A DNA stretch of 62,941 nt, counting the filler, from Phoronis australis (Eukaryota; Animalia; Phoronida), in NCBI GenBank assembly GCA_002633005.1. It is 9 parts of 9 records of this genome, joined end to end, with 100 filler letters (N's around TTAATTAATTAA, not from the genome) between each part and the next. Parts side by side here need not be neighbours in the genome. Positions count along the whole stretch, not along the records: positions 49,847 to 53,151 come from NMRA01003099.1; positions 53,252 to 55,968 come from NMRA01003473.1; positions 56,069 to 58,633 come from NMRA01003601.1; positions 58,734 to 62,941 come from NMRA01002664.1; 5 more parts are not named here. The stretch is one strand, 5' to 3'. The notes below the pieces were generated by a model. That model saw nothing but the letters and a program-made list of their open reading frames with translations, ran no database searches and was not told the DNA's origin. The stretch's first letter is position 1. Each line of letters starts with the position of its first letter. This document shows, piece after piece, positions 52,541 to 62,941 of this stretch. A program made the translations under genes and the position numbers.

Positions 52541-55500
52541 TTTTACTTACTATTCTGCATGATTTAACAGTGTTCACCAAATTTCAGCCTCGCAGTTGTT
52601 ACTCATTAAGAGATAAATGTGCTCACAATTCTCGTTGGACTTCGTCTCATTTCTGGCGGCACCTACAATGTCGACTTTTGCCGAACTGAAAGGCATGTTC
52701 ACTCGGCTACTTTGTAATTTGTGAAGATTTAACGTTGATACATTTTGACAAACGTTGCTACAAAAAAGAAGCTTTGTTCAATTTTCGTGTTTTTTGTATT
52801 TGTGGCCAGCGACCAGTTAGGCCTAAGGGTAGTCTTGGCGCAAAGCTGCCTCCCGTTCATTAACGCTAGGACCGCGCTAAAAAGCAAGACTTCGCGAGAT
52901 TACGTGAGATATGACCGAGCATTTTAAATAACTTGAGAACACGTGACTTTGACTACGTTTTAGCTAGGTCCTAGCGTAGGTCCTAGCGTCTACTGAACGC
53001 ACGTCTGTATAGGCTTACTAACAAGCTGTATTTTGACTATAGTCTTCACTGGTAGCTGGTGACTGAGGCTAACTGAGGTCTGCCGCGGCAGTGTGACACA
53101 GGACTAACCCGGCAGCCCGTAATTTCATGCAAGTGTCTGAAACTACCCTTGNNNNNNNNNNNNNNNNNNNNNNNNNNNNNNNNNNNNNNNNNNNNTTAAT
53201 TAATTAANNNNNNNNNNNNNNNNNNNNNNNNNNNNNNNNNNNNNNNNNNNNTAGGCGGTCTCTGCTACCTGTCCAGGGATTCCCATACGGGCCCGTATCA
53301 GAATGTGTGCTAATTAATTGAATAAAAAGTTTTAAAGGTAACAATTTTCATCAACTTGTATTTTAATCTATATGAAATGACCAACTAATGTGATTCCTCG
53401 AACTTCCACGTATTTTTCACTAAAGTAAACCATTCAGCATGCATTTTGTGACCTTGAACGTCATTTGAATTTATTCATGCTGTCTTAATTTCTTGTTATC
53501 AACACTTAAAAGGTATTACAATGACCTGGACACCACTCAGTTGTGAGAAGTGGAGAACTGTAACAGTATGTGTCACAAAAATGTGACCAATGACGGAAGA
53601 TACACACCTAGTATCGTACTGCGTGTATTAAGTAAGACACCGTCTCATAATGTGCACCCTCATGAAAATGGCAGCAATCTGACGCAGCAGGCCGTCCCAA
53701 TCAAAGGAATGTTTTCATTTGGTCAATCTATTACTCCTCGGAAGGGGTCATGGCACTTTTCAATAAACTCTGATCACAAGACACTTACAAACCGTAATTA
53801 TTTAAAGTATAACTGAAATAATTATCAAGTTACAACTGTTGAAGAAGAAATCTTACAAATTCAACCGAGGCATTGAAGAGCAACAGCCTAACTAATAACC
53901 ACGTCATAGATATCCAGATCAATGTGCCCGTCTTTTGGAAATATTGAATACCGAAAGAGTGTTCTCAATTGGAATCGTGCCACATGTGATCCTGTGGTGA
54001 AGAGACCAGAGAGATCTTCATGGTAACTGCATGAATAGAGTACTTTCAAAAACTGAACCGCATGGGGTTTACGACGAAGTTATTCAGACAGGTGGTTCGT
54101 CAGCCTTGATTCGTGGACAGAGATTTGCCTTAGGGGTCATGGTTTCTCAAACGGATAGGGTGGTGTTTTTGTTTCCTGTCCGTCAACATTTAACGTCATT
54201 TCTTTCGATTTAGTACAACTCGTGCTGCTTTCCACTATCAGGCTCTACCCGCCCGTCTACGCCGTGATTAAAGCGAACCCCACCGGCCGTAAAGTGAGAA
54301 TATCCATATTGGCGAAAGTGATATGCAAAGAGTTGGAGTAAATCTGTCTAAACAGTAGAGCAAATTCGCACATCTGTATGTGCGAGTTTTCTATTTCACC
54401 TGCTAAAACGACCCCTAAAATAAAAATTGACACCAACGAGACGCGCATGTACAACTTGGAAAGTAAACTATTGAAGATACTGCATTTGACACGCGCCCTG
54501 TGTTGGTCACATCACGTGAAGACATGCAACTTGTTACTGTGACACAAAAGACTTTTTTTCTGTGTAATTTACAAAAAAAAAAACAAGTTTTACATCATGT
54601 AAAATTTGAGCATTTGTTCTCTTTTTACCTAAAAAACATTCAAGTATGAATGGACTCACTGGAGACAGCCCGAAAGTTATTATCTCTACCGCGAATGATG
54701 TTACAGTTGTGTCTCCAATGAGTTGCCAGCAGTCACTGGTACGGTGCGCGGCTTTAGACGCTCTGCGGCTGGGTTCAAGATCTTTTATAGGCCTAACTAT
54801 TCCCAATTCCCGTATGAATTTCAAAAATATGTTGACTGCATTTGTCTAAGGTTACAGCCAGTAGTTTTTCATATGGAATACATTACACAATACGTGTCTG
54901 ATCGAGTCCGCACAGTCATTTGTCTTCGAAAATTTATCATTAGCTGCTAACTGGTTAATACATCAAAATGTGTGCAAGTGTCGGGATGTTGCGATGATGC
55001 ATTTTGAAGGTACATGTACTAAGTTTTCAAAATAGAGAGACATCGACAGAACTCTTCCTGGTAACATTATACTTGGATAAACTATTTGCCGGAATTATTT
55101 AGCAGTTTAGTCGAACTTTTGTCGGACTTGAAAGTGACATTGCGCCTAACAACTAATTGCTTTTTGTGAATGGACTTTCATAGTAAGATGTAATTTCGAC
55201 TACCTAAATGGAGCGACAACTGTCGAGTTTGTGTAGAGATTTAGCTAGAATTGAAATGGATTCTTGTCGAAAAGAATATTTAGTGGCGGTGTTGTGCGCC
55301 AAAACCCAAATTTTGACGTTGTCTAGTTTAATTAGAAAACTACAGTATGCTAGTCTTTGCACCTTTGTATTGTAATTTCTTGGTATGTTTGAGAACATAA
55401 AAATAGACATGTCTATGCAGTTGTTGTTGTTACAGCAATATCTTTACAAACTGTAAACCATTTGCGTCCTAACGACCGTAAGGTCCACCTTCACAAACGT

Positions 55501-56796
55501 AAAATACACGAGTTGTTTTGTGTGACTAGTGTTCTCAAAAAGGAGCTCATAACTCGAGGATTACACCGTTTTGTACGAAACTGAAGTCACGTAACAAGCC
55601 AAACATTTTACAAAAGTCTTGAACACGTCAAATCAAAAATTTCTTTCAGCATTACTTGAATTTGGAATTATTTAAAAAAGATCGCTTATGAGTTCAAGTA
55701 GTCTCAACAACAGAAACAGTTGCTTTTACAATGTAATCTACCTCACAAAATAGTTGTTGTAAAATAAAAAGGCAAGACAGCTATTCCAAGTTTAAGGAGA
55801 CCATGCTCTGCTTAACCAGGGAATGCTTGCTTCCGAACAAGTTTTTGTAAAGGGAAAATAAATTATTCCAAGGAATTGGGTAAAATGTAATCGCTAATTT
55901 GTTCAGTGTAATCTCATGATGAGAAAATTGTGTATACAATGTTTTTTATTCTGTCAGAATGTTGACTTNNNNNNNNNNNNNNNNNNNNNNNNNNNNNNNN
56001 NNNNNNNNNNNNTTAATTAATTAANNNNNNNNNNNNNNNNNNNNNNNNNNNNNNNNNNNNNNNNNNNNCGATCTCATGCTCACGACGTGCTTTAAATTCC
56101 GACCCGACTTCTGCATTAATTTCTTACTTGGATTTCAAATCACAGTTTTTTAGCTCATGGTGTGTCTAACGATGAACTTTTGACCTACTTAGAATGGACC
56201 ACAATGCACCAGCTTAACCCATTTAATACGCTGACTCCGCCGGTGAGCAGATTGACTTTGTTTAAATTAAACGTTTTTGTGGTAAGTGAGTTAATTATGT
56301 CCTGCAAATTCAGATTACATCGGGCGTAAATTTTGAAATAATGAACGTGGCTAAGGGGTGCGTGAATAGGTTATACTTGTATTGACTAAAGTGAAGTTTT
56401 CACCGAATAAATTAACCGAAGTCCTTGAGATTTTCATGTCTCAACACATAATCGGCTTTTTCTCTGCTTCGACACGAGTTCTTCAAAATGGCTCTGTGGA
56501 TTTCACTAAAACTTTCTAAACTTATCAATTTCAAAATTTTGCTAAATGTAACAAAGACGAATACGACTACGTATTTTTTACAAATTATATTACGTTTTGT
56601 GAGTTTATTTGACCTAGAAATCAAACGAAAAGGCTAATTGACAATTTGTAACAACGCTTTTGAGGTAACTGGCGAAGTTTTCTTTTAAATGTTTCATTAA
56701 ACTTGACCGAGGATTATTTTGCTGTGAATGTACCTTTTTAAACATAGAATTTTCACTTAAAATGTACAAACATAATAATAATAATTACCCGTTAAA

Positions 56797-57685
56797 TTTG
56801 ATAATATACACTGTATGTTCAATAAATAAGGTTTGAGGTAACCTTAAGGCAGATTCTACAACCCTTCGAAATTTTAGATGTATGTTACGCTGAGCAATCT
56901 CTCGGAACTGAATTCTCCTTAAGCCAAGAAAAAATACATGTATATCGCAGAGAAATCGAGGTGTCTTTTAGAATAATTTTTCTGCTCATGTCGGTGCCGA
57001 CAGAGTGCAGGTTACTGAAACACATCGGTGTTAAAGATGCACTGTAGCAATCAATAAAATCATTTAAAGCAAATGAATCGTTTTGTTTTGTGGGAGGGAA
57101 AGAAAGTGGGAGGCAGGGATGGAGTAAGGGAGGGGGTTGGAGAGAGAGAGAGAGAGAAACAGTGGAGAGAGAGCGAGATAGTGGTGGGAAAGAGAGAGGG
57201 AGATATACATACACGTACACACTCACACACACACACGCGAGCGCGCGCGCNTTTGATAATATACACTGTATGTTCAATAAATAAGGTTTGAGATAACCTT
57301 AAGGCAGATTCTACAACTCTTCGAAATTTTAGATGTATGTTACGCTGAGCAATCTCTCGGAACTGAATTCTCCTTAAGCCAAGAAAAAATATATCGCAGA
57401 GAAATCGAGGTGTCTTTTAGAATAGTTTTTCTGGGCATGTCGGTGCCGACAGAGTGCAGGTTACTGAAACACATCGGTGTTAAAGATGCACTGTAGCAAT
57501 CAATAAAATCATTTAAAGCAAATGAATCGTTTTGTTTTGTGGGAGGGAAAGAAAGTGGGAGGCAGGGATGGTGTAAGAGAGGGAGTTAGAGAGAGAGAGT
57601 AAGAGTAGGGAGAGAGCGAGATAGTGGTGGGAAAGAGAGAGGGAGATATACATACACGTACACACTCACACACACACGCGAGCGA
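56797..57685. repeat. About 455-bp duplication joined by a single N, ending in (GA)n/(CA)n
   Basis: Copies start at 56797 and 57252; N at 57251. Confidence 0.85.
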
Positions 57686-59289
57686 GAGCGCTCACGCGCA
57701 CACATATATATGCAGGACTGATTAAACACAAGATACTATTCGTTATTGACATTGATGAAGAAACTGACCAAGAGACATTATTAAAGCGTACACAATATTT
57801 CGAAACATACTTGTTCCATCTCAAGTGGAAATAAAATTACGCAGTAATGCCACCACAGAGCATAAGCTGGAGACATGCAAGGTGAGACACGGCAGGTGTG
57901 AAATGCTGCAATAACAATAATAATAAGTGAAGGGGGGAGGGAAAGATATTTTCAACACTTCAAAATGGCAAAGAAAACGGAAAAGGATTCACTGTTTGAT
58001 CTAGAATACTATGAGGAGTGCCAACCTTTAAGAGCAATTCCATATAAAAAACAGATGGTGGGCTATATATGCAAAATCACCAATTTTTTTGAAACTTAGC
58101 ACATCAGCTGGCCTTGCCAAAAGAAACCTAAACCTGAATTTTTAAAAGCTTCCGAGTTCTTTTTAACCCTTTTTACGACCACTTAGTACCTTTTCTGAAA
58201 AATAGCAAATAATAGTACTTGGAAGTAGGTGACTTTTGTCAGCAACAGCACATCATCCCTTCACGCTATTGAAAAAATAACTATATAGCAGAAAGAAGAA
58301 AGAATAAAATACAAGAAAAACTAGTTCGGGTGGATTTATTGATTTTTTATGTTCTCCCATTTTAGCCTACAAAAATATCATTTTCACTACTTAATATTAA
58401 GGCCATTTTTACGCATTTTTATCACTTTCCCAAATCTATATCGGATTCTTTTGGAACATGAGTTAACTTCCATCTGTTACAGCTGTCATTGTTCAGCCCA
58501 ACGCAAGAATAAAAAATCTTGTCTCTTTCATAGTTTTTGTGCAGTCAGTTTTTTACATAACTCACTTACACACTTTTCTGCCAATCTGTGACTGTCAGTT
58601 TGATTAAAAGACTCTAGGTGGCGCTACTCGACTNNNNNNNNNNNNNNNNNNNNNNNNNNNNNNNNNNNNNNNNNNNNTTAATTAATTAANNNNNNNNNNN
58701 NNNNNNNNNNNNNNNNNNNNNNNNNNNNNNNNNTAATTATCATCAAGATATAACACAAATCCGAAATCGTACAGAATGCCACAAACAGTCATGAAGATGT
58801 TAAATCTCACGAGTTAATAATGGCAGGGTAATAACAATTTTTCAAATAATCAAATGCAATAACGATAAAAATGCCCATAAAATCGATTACTCCAAAGAAA
58901 ACATTAAATCAGGGTTTGAACAAGTTGTCCATTGCTAACTCACATACCATATGATTACAAAAATGGCTAAGTACGCATGCGTAGAGTCCAGAAACACTGA
59001 TTGAGATAATTAATCTCGTGAAACAAAGATTTTTAAAATAATCATATGCGCCAACCATAAAACCACCCGTAAAACAACCTGCAAAAAAGCCTCCGAGGCA
59101 CGCCTTTTGAAATTGACTGAACTTTTGACTCTGTTCAACCAAAAAAATAAACTGTCTCTTTTTTTTCTTGATAATAAAAGATTCCACATAACACCCCAAA
59201 ATACCGAGGCTCTTTTGTTTTGGTGGCCCACATGTTGTCAAGATGTCAGACAAACTTGTTAAGAGCATTTTCCAACGATAGCATTAGAA

Positions 59290-60624
59290 TATCTATTATA
59301 CCTTCTACTTATTGATTGCAGGTATAGAACTCTCTGCAGTAAAAACGGCATTACCAATTTGAAATTTGTGCAGAATGTAGTTGACGAAAGGGACTACTGT
59401 ACAGAAATATCTAGAGCACCAATTTGCTTTCTTGAACGAAAAATACTTTTTCAGGTCGATCCCAGACGCCCTGTGGTTGCACGCTCATGAATTCATTTTG
59501 CCGCGACTTGTTGGTGTACATCATAAGTGTGTTACTATGGATATTGCAACTTCTAGCTTGTGTCCTGATTGCTCTACAATTTGACCATTTCATCCATAAT
59601 GTCCCACGGAGTACTGCTGTTCAGAGAATAAACAGTTTAAACAAACTGATTACGAGGCTAGGTAACCTGAACACCCCTTCTTTAATGTCAAAGACATCCC
59701 CATCGCGAACAAAACTCAGGTGTGGTAAGTATCTTCTCACCATGTCCGTCATGTCATTTTGCTCATGCATGTTTCGTCAAATTTCGTCAAATTTCGTCTG
59801 TGGGAGTTCTGATTAACTCTATTACTTTCCTCGTTGGTCTATCAGGACTACTAAGCGGTGGGTGGCAGGCATATGTCGCTGCGCTGACGAACTGGAAACC
59901 GCGGGGAGGCACTATGTGTTCGAACCAGTTTCCTCTAGGTTTGTCGTTGTCGTTCAGTAATTTAATTTGTATCGGTTACAAAACAGTTTCTATTAAATTC
60001 AAAACAAAATTCCTAAAATATTCAATGTTGTTTTCATCTTCAACCAGAATGCACCACTCAGTGTCGGAATACGTTGTCGTTTCACTTCTAGCCAGAGAAC
60101 CTAACCCTAAAACTGGAAACTGCTGAGGATGTGGTCCCACTATCCGTAGTGATGTAGAAATCAGACACCAGAAAAGTTACTCATTTGGTGAATAAAGTCT
60201 TCGAACTGTTGTCTTGTCTCACGAACTTACTCTTTTTAAATGTCTATTAACTCGTTATCTGACAGATTTGCACTAAATTTAGCCTGAATTTCAGCCATTA
60301 ACATATTTGCTCTGCAAGATGTCGTCTCTCTGATATTAGTTAGATTAAATTGAACTTTTAAAATGTAATTAAAAGTTTTTTTTCGCATTTCATTAAAAAC
60401 ATCTCACAAAAGGCAACTTCATTTCTTTTCGTGGCCACTTCAACTTTCTCAGTGTTCTTTGATCGCTTGGTTCGCAAAATAGCGGCATTGTAGAGCGCAT
60501 ATGCTTCAATGAAATCGCCACGGAACTTTGCCATCGTAGCCCTCTCTGCACAAATGTCGCCCATTCTTTCTAAATCATCTCTCGATCCATTTAACAGAGT
60601 CTCAGCAAGGAGTTCTTCTTCCAT
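59290..60624 (-). pseudogene. Intronless disrupted gene: helical/TPR-like N-terminus + DUF294/GlnD-GlnE-like nucleotidyltransferase + substrate-binding domain
   Basis: Manual translation: FIEAYALYNAAILR; VGPHPQQFPVLGLGSLARSETTTYSDTEWCILV..YFRNF; PPRGFQF..ACHPPL..ELIRTP; FDIKEGVFRLPSL; STPWDIMDEM; HKLEVAISI; several stops and frameshifts. Confidence 0.75.
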
Positions 60625-60701
60625 CGCCAGGTCTGTCAGCCGCTTCTCTACAAAACGTTGTCAGTCCATTAATAGATAACTTGCACAAAAGTTTGTTTTA
60701 A

Positions 60702-61705
60702 ATCGAATTATACATTCTTAAGAAATTAATTTCATGCATAATAATGTTTAAGTCGACGCAATGATTTCTCCAGTCCAATGAGTCTTAATCCATGTTGTGC
60801 ACCAACACAACATACGTTTCAAATCTTTTCATTATGATGACAGGAAATGATATCTCTGAGCAGATCATTATGATGACCATTATTGCGGTAAACCAACACT
60901 GTAATTTTAAATTTTCAACATTTGTTTACAAAGCATCGTTCCCGTATGTTTCAAAATTCTGTAAACGCGACGTCGTTCTCAATCATATACAATTTTTAGC
61001 TTTGATTTATCATCACAGTAGCATCCCGGCTCCGTTCGACAACATTTTCCAATTTGGGTGTGATGGTCGCTTGGGTAATATCTTCGTGTTGTTATGCATG
61101 TCGCATATATGCGAGATATGAAACATCCATGAGGGCAACCGGAACGCCTGAGGTAACTTCGTGGTATCATCCCGCAGGCCCGTAGCCAGGAGGCTTCGGG
61201 GGNATCGAATTATACATTCTTAAGAAATTAATTTCATGCATAATAATGTTTAAGTCGACGCAATGATTTCTCCAGTCCAGTGAGTCTTAATCCATGTTGT
61301 GAACCAACACAAAATACGTTTCAAATCTTTTCATTCTGATGACAGAAAATGATATCTCTGAGCAGATCATTATGGTGACCATTATTGCGGTAAACCAACA
61401 CTGTAATTTTAAATTTTCAACATTTGTTTACAAAACATCGTTCCCGTATGTTTCAAAATTCTGTAAACGCGACGTCGTTCTCAATCATATACAATTTTTA
61501 GCTTTGATTTGTCATCAGAGTAGCATCCCGGCTCAGATCGACGACATTTTCCAGTTTGGGTGCGATGGTCGCTTGGGTAATATCTTCGTGTTGTTATGCA
61601 TGTCGCATATATGCGAGATATGAAACATCCAAGAGGGCAACCGGAACGCCTGAGGTAACTTCGTGGTATCATTCCGCAGGCCCGTAGCCAGGAGGCTTCG
61701 GGGGG
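60702..61705. repeat. About 500-bp duplication joined by a single N
   Basis: Copies start at 60702 and 61204; N at 61203 in a poly-G run. Confidence 0.88.
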
Positions 61706-61795
61706 GGGGGTTTCAATCGAACCCCTGATCCATTAAAGATAGGATACAGATGGACAGCAAAAACCACGTTTGTTGCAACTACAGGTACTACTAGC

Positions 61796-62022
61796 CAGTG
61801 GCAGATTTAGGGGGGACAAGGGGGCCATGGTCCCCCTAAAATGCAAAATGCATAGCTTTGAACAAACCCCGTTTCCCGTTTTTTGTTAGTAATAACGTCC
61901 ACAAACCCAAAAGTTCAAGACCCCCTACATCCGTAAATTTTAGGCTGGGTGCTTGCATGTGGCTAAATTCTGGTCATTCCTGTGTCCTGTACCCCTAACT
62001 CAAAATCCTGGATCCGCCCCTG
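61796..62022. mobile_element. MITE with imperfect TIRs and 5-bp TSD
   Basis: CAGTGGCAGATTTAGG ... CCTGGATCCGCCCCTG; CTAGC at 61791-61795 and 62023-62027. Confidence 0.7.
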
Positions 62023-62941
62023 CTAGCTACGATGATAACTAAGTCAGTAACAAATTAAAATTTGCTTCCGATTCAAAGCGCTTCACGTAATCAGCGTGCC
62101 GTTCCCTGGCAACTTCACCCGAGTGGTCGAGTGGTGACACGATCTTGCGGACGAGTAGAGGAGGCTTTGTATTATTTATTGGCATTGAACGCTGTAGTGT
62201 TTTCACCGTAGGCTAGTAAGGGAGTCTAAAATTGAATGTCTATACCTAGCTAAGCTATATAGCAGCGAGAGCTCCCAAAATGTAATGCATTGTGAATGTC
62301 TTAAAATCGACCGAGAACCAGCAGCAAATAGCTATAGCATATTATCTATTATTTTGGTGTACTTGTTATGGTAAAGTGCTGCATTTTCAAATTTCGAATT
62401 GACAGTGATCGTCAAACATGTGTTCATCGGGTGTCCACTCTGACTGTGGAATAGTGGATTGACATGCATGCATGTACAAATGTCTGCGTTTATCTTCTTT
62501 TCAATTCAGTACACGTCGATGATAAGTTCAGTACACATATAATAAGTCTTCAGTCCTCGCTCAAACATCAGACATTTCACTACCGTATTTTCTTGAACTG
62601 AGAAAACTCCGACGAGCATGTTCACATTATTAGGAAAAGTAGATCTAGCCCTAAAAAGCGTTGGTTAATAAAGAAAGTCTTTTCGTGTCAATCAGTCATG
62701 ATGCGCAACCTTGCAGACTTCATGATAGCAACAGACGTGATGGAAAAGATTTCCAACATTACATGTCACTATCCGGAAGGTTCATTAACCTGAAGGTCCG
62801 CTAATCTGAAGATACACTTTAACTCTGAATGTTCACTACCTTTGAAAGTTCACTACTTCGAAAGCCCACAATTCGGAAACCAGAACTCCGACAATTCATT
62901 ACTCTAATTGTAAGCTAATAAGCCTGAGCTGACATGAATAC

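Noticed and set aside
53500-53816. Possible Cys-containing exon
   Set aside because: No consistent open frame between plausible splice sites and no recognisable domain.

Overview
Repeat-rich, AT-rich eukaryotic (marine invertebrate-like, possibly invertebrate deuterostome) draft-assembly sequence. The window is at least nine contigs joined by artificial 100-nt spacers (44 N + TTAATTAATTAA + 44 N), so neighbourhoods across spacers may not be real. Host genes: (i) seven + strand exons of Smad4/Medea (linker plus most of MH2) on contig 36342-47018; (ii) two + strand exons of a complement C3/alpha-2-macroglobulin/TEP MG8 (receptor-binding) domain at 51246-51729; (iii) an intronless, disrupted minus-strand gene at about 59290-60624 encoding a helical N-terminus plus a GlnD/GlnE/DUF294-like nucleotidyltransferase, which the ORF track splits and largely misses. 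The rest is mobile DNA: a decayed CR1-group LINE inside a 10-bp minisatellite, L1/Tx1 remnants, a nested cluster of Helentron-associated (HINE-like) elements, an internally deleted Kolobok-like element with convergent THAP and KolX-like gene stubs, three CA...TG MITEs with 5-bp target duplications, tRNA-derived SINE heads, several minisatellites and probable assembly duplications. Most listed ORFs are spurious repeat translations. All calls are by eye; no searches were run.
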